From Eledone cirrhosa (lineage: Eukaryota), in contig OZ024746.1 of NCBI GenBank assembly GCA_964016885.1, positions 85,188,001 through 85,252,000 of the forward strand: a DNA stretch of 64,000 nt. Direction: 5' to 3'. Under the pieces are notes generated by a model. It was not told the DNA's origin. It was given only the letters and a program-made list of their open reading frames with translations, and did no database searches. Positions 42,532-56,361 of the stretch are shown one piece after another (positions within the stretch are counted from its first letter, which is position 1; every line of letters starts with the position of its first letter). The translations under genes were made by a program, and so were the position numbers.

Positions 42532-42644
42532 CATTGTATATATATATATATACATATAATGTGTGTATATACATATATATATATACATATATATATATAC
42601 ATATATATATACATATATATATATACATATATATATATACATAT

Positions 42645-42777
<133 letters not shown>

Positions 42778-42806
42778 TATACATATATATACATATATAT
42801 ATATAC

Positions 42807-42850
<44 letters not shown>

Positions 42851-43974
42851 ACGTTTATGTGTCCATTTATCCCACTGACATTGTCTATATGCGTATATTT
42901 ATGAGCATACTTTCTATTTGTATGTGTTTATATATATATATATATATGTTTGTGTGTGTGTGTATGTGTGTGTATGTGTGTATTTGGGTGTGCGTGTGTG
43001 TGTGTATTTATGTGTGTATGAGTATACGCGCGTGCATGGTTGTGAATATGTGTGCTTACATGTGTATATGTTTTACAGATTTCTACACAACAATTCTTCA
43101 AGCTTTGTTAATCTTAAGGACTTTAACAGTGATTATCTATCACATTTTGTATCTTCTTTGTAATCTTATTTCTTTCTTCTATCTTCTTCATGTCTGTTCA
43201 ACATTTTTCTCTTTCTTCCAATCAGATTTTCGTAACATTTTCATCAATCAATTCACTCCTATTCGGTTCTCCTAAATTATCTCTCATAAAACAGACTAAA
43301 AGCCTTCTTCCTTCAAGCGTTAGTCACTTTAGCTGTGGAATCTTCTCTATATTCAGCTTGTTTGCCCTTTTTAAGACATCCCGTCTTTTTAGGTTTTGCT
43401 TTGTTGCTGTTGTTCTACTTCTTTCTTTTCTCTTTCTGCCCTTTTTCTCTCACTCTCTCACCTTCCCTTTCATATCTGAAATATGTATCGTAACTTTTAC
43501 TTTCACTATCACTTCCAAAGCCACATTCTTTCTCTACTTTATAAGTCACACTCTTCAATTACTTGTTCTTTGCACACGGCTTCCTTTTCTTAACTGCTTA
43601 TGTCGAAATGCTTCTTTTTTTTTATTGTTGTTGCTTTCCTTTTCTATTTTTTTCTTTTTCTTTCTTTATTTCTTTTTTTTTTGTTTCCTAATTTTTCCTT
43701 TTTTTGTCCCCCCCCCCCTCACCTCCCCCTCCATCCCCATTTACTTTTTCGGCCCATTTCGTCTTTGACCTTTTGTAATAGGTCACCGAAGCGTGTCACC
43801 TTGTTGTAAACATCTCAGCTAAACAAACTGCCCGTTAACTGTGTTGGAAATGTTTTCACGGCACGAAGATCAATAACATGTCTTGACTGACTGGACTTCT
43901 AAGTGGTCTTGCTTGAGACGATACGAGCAATGGAAAAACTAGAGGATGTATGTTCCTGTCTTAGATCCTCTTAC

Positions 43975-44024
43975 CTATAAATCTCTGCACCGTTGTAAAC
44001 ATCTTTGCACTTGGGGGAGATAAC
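43975..44024 (-). CDS. Candidate 50-nt internal exon
   Basis: Acceptor ttttccattctAG and donor AG|GTAAGA. Frame 0 reads [16 protein letters not shown] with phase 2 at the end, compatible with the 15635 exon. Confidence 0.4.
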
Positions 44025-44108
44025 CTAGAATGGAAAATCAAAGCACATATACAGACACATAAGTAAATGCATACATACACACCGGCACACATACATATAT
44101 GTACACAG

Positions 44109-44173
<65 letters not shown>

Positions 44174-44202
44174 CATACATACATATATGTACACAGATAC
44201 AC

Positions 44203-44263
<61 letters not shown>

Positions 44264-44724
44264 CATACATACATATATGTACACAGACACACATATATAT
44301 ACATATATATATATATATATACATACATACATACACATGCTCACAAACACACACATATACACACATATACACATACACACACACATATATATATGTGTGT
44401 GTGTGTGTGCGTGTGTGTGTTTATATATACATATACAAACATACATACATATATATAGATATAAATATATACAAAAACAATTACATATATATAAATAAAT
44501 ATACTTATACATATGTATCTGTATTCTCTTGTATGTATATATACACATGTGTGCTTACACACACATAGCCACAAATGCACAAAACACATACACGCACACA
44601 CACACACACACACACGTGTGTGTGTGTTGGACTGTGTGTGAGTGGAGATAGGGATATAAGTATGAGCGGTTATATATATATCTTTGTATTTATAATTATC
44701 TATACACATATACACGCACACACA

Positions 44725-44761
<37 letters not shown>

Positions 44762-44771
44762 ACACACACAT

Positions 44772-44844
<73 letters not shown>

Positions 44845-44931
44845 CACATTTACATATACTAATCCTCATATATGCAAAGTTATTTACAACAGTCCAGAAA
44901 TGTATACAGAGCTAGATATTACGAATTAATG

Positions 44932-45010
<79 letters not shown>

Positions 45011-45089
45011 GGGGGGGAGGTACCTACAAAATAAATAGATCGATCAATAGATAGACATATAGATATAGTTATATAAATAGATAGATAGA

Positions 45090-45127
<38 letters not shown>

Positions 45128-45458
45128 CATATTATGATAGATAGATAGATAGATAGATACTTACATATATAGAGAAACCAACAGCCCAAAAGCCCAGTAG
45201 ACTGACAGGCATACAGGGGGGACTGAGAGATGCAGCAAAGTCGGCCTTGTAATGAGGTAAAAGAGTCAAGTAGCAGAACAAATGGAATAGATTGAAGCCC
45301 AAAACGACCGGTAATTGAAGTAAAAATCTTCTGTGCATTGATGCCGAATGATATTTAGTGTTTGGACAGAGGGGATAACATTTCACTGCTTTGTCACAAA
45401 ATATACAAATACACATACGCACGCGCCTATGTGTAAAGGGGTATATTATGATATATCT

Positions 45459-45518
<60 letters not shown>

Positions 45519-45541
45519 ATTTATTTATATATATTATATAT

Positions 45542-45593
<52 letters not shown>

Positions 45594-45605
45594 TTATTTA
45601 TATAT

Positions 45606-45638
<33 letters not shown>

Positions 45639-45640
45639 CA

Positions 45641-45701
<61 letters not shown>

Positions 45702-45750
45702 TCGAATACATATATCCATCCATATATATATATATATATTTATATATATG

Positions 45751-45786
<36 letters not shown>

Positions 45787-46088
45787 TGTATGTATGTATG
45801 TATGTATGTATGTATGTATGTATGTATGTATGTATATATTCGATTTATACACGTTTACATATAGATGCGCATACAGGTACACGGCAAACTCCACATACAC
45901 ATATCTGGGGTAAGTGTGTAAGCCCACATATAAGGAATGGAGATAGTGAGAGAAAGAGACAGAGGGAATGAGAGGGGGATATTAGAAGGAGAAAGATAAT
46001 TGCACACGCATACCCAATGAACCGATATCCCAATAGTTCACTGGTTTGTCATATATGACAAAAATACACTCGTATATAGTATATATAC

Positions 46089-46133
<45 letters not shown>

Positions 46134-46941
46134 GCACACATATTATATATATATATATATAATCGTGTATATATGTGCGTGTGTTGTATTATGGTGTTAT
46201 GTTAGCAATAAAGAGGAAACATTTCTTATATATTTGGTGTTAAAGTGTTAGAAGGTAACTTTTCTTCATTAATATGTTGACCTTAAAGGGCTGTTTGCCA
46301 TGTAGCGTGGTACACAGATTTGTAAATGCTGAAGTGTCATACACAAGAAATACACCAGGGGAAATGCTATATATAACGCTATATAATTTCTTTGATGGTT
46401 TTTCAGGTTACTTACTGATTATCATATAGTGCGAATGCTCATCTCAGAGTGTGTTTGTTCATTGTTGTAGTAGAATGTTCGTTCGTTGTTGTAGAGAATC
46501 GCTTTGAATTGCCGTGAATTACGGTGGATCATTTATGTTAAAGATCGTCCAGATATAGCAAGTTTGACTGTGAGATGTGTTGCCTTATGGGGGAAGAGAA
46601 CGAAACAAGGATGAGATTCCACGTTCAATTCCATCATTTATAGATATGCACATTTCTTCCCCAGACAAAGTATTCGCTTATCTATCTGTTTCTTTATTGT
46701 GTCTTTGATTTTGGTGGGGTTTTTATTCTGTAATTTAAATATTTCGAATTTTTTTCATTCATTTCCAGGTTTTATTGGCGCAAGATGAGCGATTTGGAAA
46801 AAGGTGTTGTGACACCACCTGCAAACGTCTTTCTTATCCTCATCAAGTCATAAAACAGAAGTTGAAAGTTGATTCCTAAGCGGATGCTTGAACCTAAATC
46901 TGTGTGTTGAATGTGTGTGCGTGTATATATATATATATATA

Positions 46942-47485
46942 TAATTCAGCGAGAATCGTATTTCGGCTGGTAGAAAAAGCGAAACGAAACGCAAAATCGT
47001 AGAAATGCTGGCAAGCGCTCAATAGTTAAGAAAACTAGAGCTAAACAATATGTTAAAACGCCATACAAACTGAAAAACTGGTCAAGAAGGCATTAACCAC
47101 CCAAGCCAAAAAACAAATCAAGCTAAACAGGTCAAACAAAATAAATGATAAAAACAGACCTGGACCCAAATGGAACTGGTGGTAAAATCCAAATGCAGGG
47201 TTTCTATGATACCTAAATCAATAATACTGTCTGCTTAAAACTATAAACTTTCAGCATAAAGATCGAACAAGGAATATCACGTTATCAACAGGTAATTCTG
47301 CTCTGTAACCAACTTTGCGAGTGACGCAGAGCATAGTAAACGCACATGCGTAAGTCACAAGGGGAAATTCCCCATATTTTGGCAAAGGAATTCAGTATGT
47401 GTATATCATACAAAAAATTGCACAAATCGAATAAGCACTCAACCGGGTAGTTTTTAAAAATAAACTTATGCAATTAATCTGTCAA
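46942..47485. repeat. Second copy of the ~550-bp repeat
   Basis: Matches 30472-31020. Confidence 0.85.
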
Positions 47486-47617
47486 TAGAATTATTAACAG
47501 GTTATTTGTAAGACTCGGGAGATTAATACAAATATAATTCGGCAAGATATATATATACACATAATATATATATATATATACATAATATATATACATAAAC
47601 AGACCCATTAACTGCTT

Positions 47618-47812
47618 AATGAACACAACCACAACGATATGGTCCGAACGTGGAAGAGCCGAACTCCCACTGTCATCGCTTCCGTCTCTCTCACCCTCCC
47701 CATCTCTTCGTATGGTGAGCAAATGGGGTCCCACGTGCTGGCCTCCCACAGCCCCGGCGGACGGAATGGAGAAGGCGTTTCCCCGGAGGATGGTAACGGA
47801 GATGCGCTGGAA
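47618..47812 (-). mobile_element. CRE-clade retrotransposon extreme 3' end
   Basis: Matches 36640-36840. Confidence 0.8.
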
Positions 47813-47857
47813 CTTGTGTTGCTGTCTTTTTAAGTTTAAATGACATATTTGTACATT

Positions 47858-48032
47858 ATAATGGTTTCTGATTTAGGCACAAGGCCAACAATTTTGGTGT
47901 TTTACTTTATCGACCTCGTAAGGATGAAAGGCAAAGCTAACCTCGGCGGGATTTGAACACAGAACGTAAAGGGCCGTAACTCTATGCCGCTAAGCATGGT
48001 GTCCGATGCTCTACCGATACTGCTAATCCACC
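47858..48032 (-). mobile_element. Nin/Deu-domain SINE with TSD
   Basis: atatttgtacat(t/c)ataat flanks both sides. Confidence 0.85.
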
Positions 48033-48795
48033 GACCTTATATTTGTACATCATAATAATACGTCTAAGATTAGTATTTAACCGAATAGCCATGGAGTCGT
48101 TTATAAGGTTGAACTTCAGTTTTTTAGGACATTAAGATAACTCCGAAAATATCTTTTTGTATCCCAATGACGAACCTTTTGAAGTATCGATCGATTATCA
48201 TTATATCCTACTTGAGAAAATGTGAGACCAACGTGTCTCAATAAAGCTAACTTCTCCCTTTAACATAATTAATGTATCAAAGAAATGTCAATATGCAACT
48301 GTGGCATTGAATCAACTAGAGTTAAAATATTAGGGTATTAAATTAGTCGTTTGTCACCAGTATGTCACTCAGGGAAATAAGCACTTTAAGGCCAACCAAT
48401 CACAGATTGACTCTTCAAGCTTATACTTACATCGTGATATTTTATGACAATGCATCATCTATGGTCAACGCATTGAATCAGAGCTTTAACATGGTTGCCC
48501 AAACTGCTAGAAATAGCAGCTAAAAGATAAATTGAATAATGAAAAAATAAAGTAACCTTTCCTGAAAACATAAACATGAGAAGGACATAGATTAAACATC
48601 TCGGGTTTTTGATCAACTCGATCAGAGATGACTTGGGACTAAATACCAACAATAACTATCACAACATATTTCACATCTTACCGTCTAAATTAAGGAGCTT
48701 AATCAAACGGCTTTTAAAAATGTAAACAACGTGTGTGAAGCTCGAATTTTCGAACTTACGAAGCACTGAGGAAATAGATTTATAAGATGTGGAAG

Positions 48796-49151
48796 GCTCA
48801 GGCGCAGAAAATAACTGCAATTGCAGTCAGTTGCTATAAAATAGTTTATAAAAATCGAGTAAAGACGAGAAACGGAAAAAAATGTTGTCAGTGGCTGAAC
48901 ACCATATCTCTCAGATACCGGCTGAGTGCTTTCACCATTGAGCTCAAGGACCTCCGACAACATCTTACCGTCAAGACTAAGGGGCTAATTTAGCTAAAAT
49001 GAGAGCACTTAGCCGGCATCTGAGAGATACGGAGTTCGATTCTTCGTAACGACTTCAGGAACATTTTTCCGTCACTCAAGGTCTTTACCAGTTTTTATAA
49101 CTTGTTTTCTATCAACTGACTCTTCATTTCAGATATTTTCTGCGCTTGAGC
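48796..49151. mobile_element. Head-to-head pair of diverged tRNA-derived SINE-like copies
   Basis: + copy head ggggctaatttagctaaaatgagagcacttagccggcatctgagagatacggagttcgattc. Imperfect inverted copy at 48796-48950. Confidence 0.6.
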
Positions 49152-49204
49152 ATTGAAAAAAAAAAATATATATATATATATATCGGGAATTTTGCCCACC
49201 CTAG

Positions 49205-49253
<49 letters not shown>

Positions 49254-49572
49254 AAAATGTTCAAGACCCCGACGGCAGAGCTCAAGCCGTTTCGACGGCT
49301 ATTTCTGAGTCCAGAAATAGCCGTCGAAACGGCTTGAGCTCTGCCGTCGGGGTCTTGAACATTTTCCTATTACCCACTCTACTACCCTAAGTATTGAATA
49401 CTCTGGTGCATTATGGTCCATCTAGTTCCTTACCACACTTCCTTCGTTATATATATATTTATATGTTTTTCCGAGTTTATCCGGGTTCAATCAGGTGTAA
49501 CCACAGTAAGTAAGGTAGTCAGTACATAGGAGAGTATATAAATGAAACAGTTCTAGTCCTGTAGAAGCCATT

Positions 49573-49610
<38 letters not shown>

Positions 49611-49738
49611 AAAGTTATATTTAAATTGTTGGGTTACAACTAGTAAATATTTATAACTGATATAAAAGCACTCGACAAGTATTTGGAGTATATTTACGAT
49701 ATTAAATAAATGGAAACTATATTTATAAAACCATATTT

Positions 49739-49802
49739 ATTTCATTATATATATTTCAGGGATATCATATTAACAATATGCTATGCCTTCCTCAGACAAA
49801 AT
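49739..49802 (-). ncRNA. Minimal type I hammerhead (family D), left arm of palindrome
   Basis: Exact reverse complement of 49958-50021. Confidence 0.75.
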
Positions 49803-49957
49803 ACAATATAAACAGTTTTATAGATAAATAGATTTGACATACCGTAACAACATCGACTTGTATTTGAAAAGTTGAATTGGCAGTTCAACTTTTCAAATAC
49901 AAGTCGATGTTGTTACGGTATGTCAAATCTATTTATCTATAAAACTGTTTATATTGT

Positions 49958-50021
49958 ATTTTGTCTGAGGAAGGCATAGCATATTGTTAATATGATATCC
50001 CTGAAATATATATAATGAAAT
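49958..50021 (+). ncRNA. Minimal type I hammerhead (family D), right arm of palindrome
   Basis: ATTTTGT-CTGAGGA-AGG..catatt gtt aatatg..CCT-GAAA-T atat A-TA-ATGAAAT. Stem I has two G:U pairs. Confidence 0.75.
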
Positions 50022-50177
50022 AAATATGGTTTTATAAATATAGTTTCCATTTATTTAATATTGTATATATATATATATATATATACTTGCAGCCTCCGGC
50101 CTTCGCACCGGTCAAGAGTGTCCTCAAATTTTGTGTGTATATAATATATATATATATACATTTATATATATATATAC

Positions 50178-50265
<88 letters not shown>

Positions 50266-50364
50266 TTATATATATATATATATATATATACATTTATATA
50301 TATATATATATATACATTTATGTATATTATGTATATATGCATGTAAACATATATATATATATAC

Positions 50365-50400
<36 letters not shown>

Positions 50401-50878
50401 TTATGTATATTATGTATATATGCATGTAAACATATATATATATATATACATTTATGTATATATATATATGTATACATACATATATGTATGTGTGTGTATG
50501 TGTCTGTGTGAAGATGTACAGGCATACAAACATAGACACATATATAATAGTTGATACTTTTACTTGCTATAACATATTCGTGCTTTATGGTTCACAATAG
50601 ATTTGTTTCTTCCAGGAGATATCTGCTGTAATTCGTAAATTTTATTTTCAGTTTCCATGTCACATTATCGCCCTTTATTCTGCTCTTTTGATTTGTACTG
50701 ACCAACCTTGAATTTCCCTACTTTGCGTTAGAATACGACTGATTCATTGATCCCATATTTCTCTTTTATTTCCGTCTCTTCCCTAAGTTAGTCATTATAT
50801 TATTTTTATCTTTTTATTTTATGTTGTTTTGGGTTTTTTTTATAGTATTTTGTTTTTCATGATTTTGTAACTGACAAA

Positions 50879-50953
<75 letters not shown>

Positions 50954-50954
50954 T

Positions 50955-53210
50955 CTTTCTTTATTTGCCACAGGGGCGTACAAAAATGGGACATTACAAG
51001 ACGTGACGACAGGGGTTTTACATAAAAATAACTTTGACATTAATAAATAACAATAAACTATATATAATAAAATAACAATTGAAATCCCCAATAGGGGGGA
51101 ACGTTACTGCAGGGCTGTTTTACACCCCGTGGATAGAACAACCCTCAACACCAGGAACACATTTTGTAGGTGTTCCTGTCTTCCCTCTGTTTATCTTCCT
51201 CAACCTACAGGTTTATATACAGAGAAGGCCCATTCACTCGGGCCATTTTTGCCACATTCACCCACCTTTCAGCGAATTTACTGGGGTGTAGCACCTCTCT
51301 CTCCACTCTCACCTTCCTTCTGAAGTGATACTTAAAGAAGAGGATAAGTTGTTGTCCGGAGAGAAAGGTGTTTGCCCTGAGTCTTTTTAACCTCGTCCAC
51401 CATATTACCTCTTTCGCCATAGCCACCAGACAGAGGAAAACCGCCTCTCCTTCGTTCTTAAATGAAGGCGGCGGAATGACCCTCACAATGGACTCGGCTG
51501 ACAACTGGATGCGTCCCACATGTGACAGCAGCTGTTCGACATAATTCCACTGGTCGGTCACCCCTGGGCACTGAACAATTGCGTGCAGAACGGTTTCGAT
51601 GTCCTGCTCGCATCTTGGACAGGTCCTTTTGGCAGGATCTCTGCCAGGGCGTCCGTGCCTGTAGATTTTGTCTCGAATTGGTAGAGCTCCTCGGTAGCAC
51701 TGCCAGGCCAAAGACCTCTGGAAGTTATCCATAGGCCCTGGACGGAAAGTCCTCCCGAACAGACTGGTCAGTTCGTCCTCCTCGATGCCTAGAGTTTCCC
51801 CGAGGATGTCGTCGCACTTATCCTCCACTAACCTCCTATAGAATGTCGAAGTGGAGTCTCCGCTGATTGCCGTTTCCGCTTGGTAGGGGGCTGTGAGCGC
51901 CTGTAGGCACTCGAGGTGCCAGGCACCCATTTTCGGTCTTCGCTTGACCCAGGACTGCAGCTCTGTTAGTGAGACGAGTTGTGGAAGAGCTTGTCTCACA
52001 AACGACAGCCACACCGGTTCACCGGTCAGGAATACCTGGAGATGGCGTAGCCTCAGCGCATGTTTGCGCATCATCAGCCACGGCATGCCCAGCCCTCCGT
52101 TAGAAGGGTGTTGACAGCAGATGGATCTCCTCACCAATGGAGCCTGTTTCTTCCAGAGGAACTTGAAGAGTAGGCGTTCCATTTTGGTAAGGTATTCGCG
52201 GGGGCAAGGCGCGACTGTCAAGCGGTAGTAGATGACGGACGCTATGTAAGTGTTCGCCACCTCCACTCGACCTTTCAAGGAGAGTCTGCACTCAGCCCAC
52301 TTCTGGGTGAGTGCAAACACCTTCGCCGTGACCTCGTTCCAGTTCTTGTCCACCTGGAGGTCTGGACCGAACCAGACCCCGAGCAATTTCACCGGTCCTT
52401 CCGTCCAGCGTCCAACGACACTGTCGGAAGGCATGAGTTGCCTCTCCATGTGCCGAGTTGTAAACCGACAGACTTGTTTGGGTTTAGTCTTGCTCCTGTC
52501 AACGTTTCGTATTCCTGTAATAGGTTGTCGATTACTCTGATTTCCGAGGTTTTCGACACCATTACGGTTATGTCGTCGGCATAGGCTGACGCTGCTTTCT
52601 GCAGTCCTGGTTCGATCAGGATGCCCTGCAACAGCTCCAATTTCCTCAGTAACGGCTGAGAGTCAGTACATACAGAATGGAGGAGAGAGGGCATCCCTGA
52701 CGGATGGAACGCATGATTTGGAATGGCTCTGATAGGTAGCCATTCACCTTGAGAACTGCTTCCAAGTATTGATGGTCGACCCTATCAAATGCCTTAGACT
52801 GATCTAAATTGATCAGAGCCCCACCGAAGCCAGGTTTACACCCTACCCTCTCTATGATGTATCGCATGGGGTGGAGGTTGTCGTGTATGGACCTGGTCGG
52901 GATTGCACACGTTTAGGCTTCCCCTACCCGGTTCTCGACGACAAGCGCCAGCCTTGCTGCTAACACCTTGGCCAAAATCTTTAACTCTGCGGAAAGCAGC
53001 GTCAGCCTATGCCGACGACATAACCGTAATGGTGTCGAAAACCTCGGAAATCGGAGTAATCGACAACCTATTACAGGAATACGAAACGTTGACAGGAGCA
53101 AGACTAAACCCAAAGCTTATCTCATCCCCCTTGTTCTCATCTTTCCAGATCAGCGTCACTACGCCTCTGCCTACAGAACTGGGAACCCTCGCGTTCTGCT
53201 GCCAGTTGCA
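50955..53210 (-). mobile_element. 5'-truncated, rearranged Tx1/L1-clade LINE ORF2 (RT plus zinc-binding C-terminus)
   Basis: KILAKVLA, LINLDQSKAFDRVDH, IRQGCPLS, AYADD, LLGVWF, GGLGMP, CPRC..ETVLHAIVQCP. Frameshifts and deletions. Adjoins (TATC)n at the 3' end. Confidence 0.92.
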
Positions 53211-53519
53211 GTTGTTATATATATATATATATATATATACATTTACAAATAAGTACATATGTGTCGCGTAAGTTTCTTGATTTTTTTTATAGCCTCGCGA
53301 TCTTCAAGTAAACATACGTATAATGAGTGAGCGCATTAGTGGAGCAAACCCAGAGCAGAAAAAGTGAAGGATTGTGGGAGAGAGAAATTGTATTTCTGCT
53401 TGGAGGTAATGACTACACCCTAACGCTTGACATGATCCACACCATATATATAAATTTCCTATAAATTATACATGTATACTCAAATATACGGGCTTGTTCG
53501 TGCATGCGTATTTACATAC

Positions 53520-53609
<90 letters not shown>

Positions 53610-54141
53610 GCACACAACATATATAAAACGAATACAAACAATCAAGGATATACAAGAACAAATGCACTAATGCAGACATACACACGTAAACACAAGCATA
53701 AATAAGCACACATACATACACACACACATATACACACATGCATACATACATACATACATACATACATACATACATACATACATACATACATACATACATA
53801 CATACATACATACATGCATATATGTGCACATGAACTTGGCGACAGTTAATGTTAAAAATATTTACACACTGACGCGCACACACAAATACATACTAACACA
53901 CACACTCCTCACACAGACAGACACACACATAAACACACACTCACACACACACACATAAACACACACTCACGCGCTCACACACACATCCCACAAACGCAGA
54001 CATACATACATACAAACATACAAACATACATACGTACATGCAAACATACATACATACAAACATACATACACACATACATACATACATACATACATACATA
54101 CATACATACATACATACATACATACATACATACATACATAC

Positions 54142-54600
54142 ATGGTGGCTGCCAACTCGTTTTCGAGTACGGCCACTACTTTATATCCATGTAGGAGAAC
54201 CCCTACCGATGCGCTGAACGAGTGTGGCTTTTTAGTCCAGCCAGCGACTTGAAAACTCTGGTACAAACACTACACTTGTGACAATTATTGACACATAGTG
54301 CTGGGCCCATGGTACTCTCCGTCTGGAAGTGCAACAGCAATGCCCTTCCTCACATCCCACTTTACTTTCTTGTATGCGATTCGAGATGCCTCAAAGGCAA
54401 CTTTTCCCTCATATACAGTCTTTCTCCATTTATTACCGTCAGCAGCAATATTTTCCCATGTATCAGCAGAGATGTTAGCGTCTTTCAAAGAGGCTTTCAA
54501 GGAAACCTTATACCTCTTTTTTGGTTTATGTGGCGGTCGTTTTCCTTTAACTAACTCTCCATAAAAGAGTTGTTTTGGTATTCTAGAATCCTTTTTGTAT
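54142..54600 (-). mobile_element. RTE-clade LINE 3' fragment with (GTAT)n tail
   Basis: RIPKQLFYGEL..GKRP...PKKRYK.SLK..LK...I....WE..AAD...WR, then a C2H2-like CSVCTRVFKSLAGLKSHTRSAH. Confidence 0.9.
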
Positions 54601-54899
54601 TCTGAAACATCAAAATACAACAATTTTTTGGTCACTGGACTCGGGAATGTCACGACAGAATTTGTGGAAATTACACAAATATTTTCGTATATTTTACCAG
54701 AGCAATCCTTATTTATATTTTACATTTTACATTTACTTACATCTCAATATAACATGGCTAAAATTCAAATTTTGCAAAGAGAAGAAAACGGACAAATGAA
54801 CTAGATACATCTCACTGCCCCCCCCCCCCCCCCTCCCCCCGCCACCACAATAATGTCTACACTCTCTCCCCACCATCACATTTACATTTACACATGTCA

Positions 54900-54930
<31 letters not shown>

Positions 54931-55275
54931 CATACATACATACATACATACATACATACATACATACATAGGCACAGGAAACAGGCGGCAGTCAGGGTTA
55001 TGAAAACAGAATCATGTCATTCTAAATACGTATCCAAATTCCTTTTGGTCAGTCTTTATTAATGACATTAGTACAGGGTTGTGAAGAGAATGTAAACGAT
55101 CTATGTGTTTCTGCCTGTTACTGTGTGTATGTGAGCGTGAATGTGTGTGTGTGTGGTGTGTGTGTGTTTCTATTCCCCACCTATTTCAATCCTCGTCCCC
55201 CTTTTCTCTCCTCTCTCTCTCTCTCTCATTCTCTCTACCCTCCTCTGGCACCTCTTTCTCTCTCTTTATATATGT

Positions 55276-55454
<179 letters not shown>

Positions 55455-56006
55455 ATATAAGTATGTATACGTACATACATATATGTATACAGATGTACAG
55501 TAGTATGTATATACATACATACATGCACACATATATATATATGTACGTATCGGTTTACCGAACATTTATTATAATGTTCGGTTTGTTTGTAAACAAACAG
55601 CCCGAATTATTAGCCGTACAGTGTTCGGCAACCATCGTTGCCATTTTGTTCAACACTGACAAAGGGACAATGAACTAGTTTCTAGCTTATTAGCTGTCAT
55701 CAGCACCGTATACCTTCCTGTCAGTTGATTGAACATTTGAAAGTATATCCTTTCCATATGCATATTAACGGCTGAGGAGCCTAATTTGCATATCGAGTGA
55801 GTTAGTCGGCCGGGATCTTCTGAAACTAACGGTTAGTTTCAGAAGATCCCGTTAAGGGTGAAAGCAGCGATTCTTTGCTTAAACTTTAATCTGTTATTTT
55901 AATAAATATTTGCTCTACGGTTCTCTTATATCTGATATATATTTAACCTTATCGAGCCCTCTTTGGATTTTAGTCTTCAAATTTATTATTATTACTATAT
56001 ATATAT

Positions 56007-56068
<62 letters not shown>

Positions 56069-56361
56069 GCGCTTGCAGGATGAACAGGAACTCTGTATGT
56101 GTGTACGTACATGCTTCTCTGTATGTGTATGCCTTCTGTGTGTGTGTATCTGAGTGTGTATGTGTGTGAGTGTCTATATATATATATATGTGTGTGTGTG
56201 TCTTATGTGTGGGTGGGACGAGTGTGTGGAATGGAGTGGTGAACAACGTGATATATATGGAGCTGGGTATTTACAGTCGAATTAAGTTTATTTCTTTTTC
56301 CTAACAGTTCACCTACTTCTCTCCATCACCTTCTTTCCCGCCATCATCGTCTTCCTGCTCA

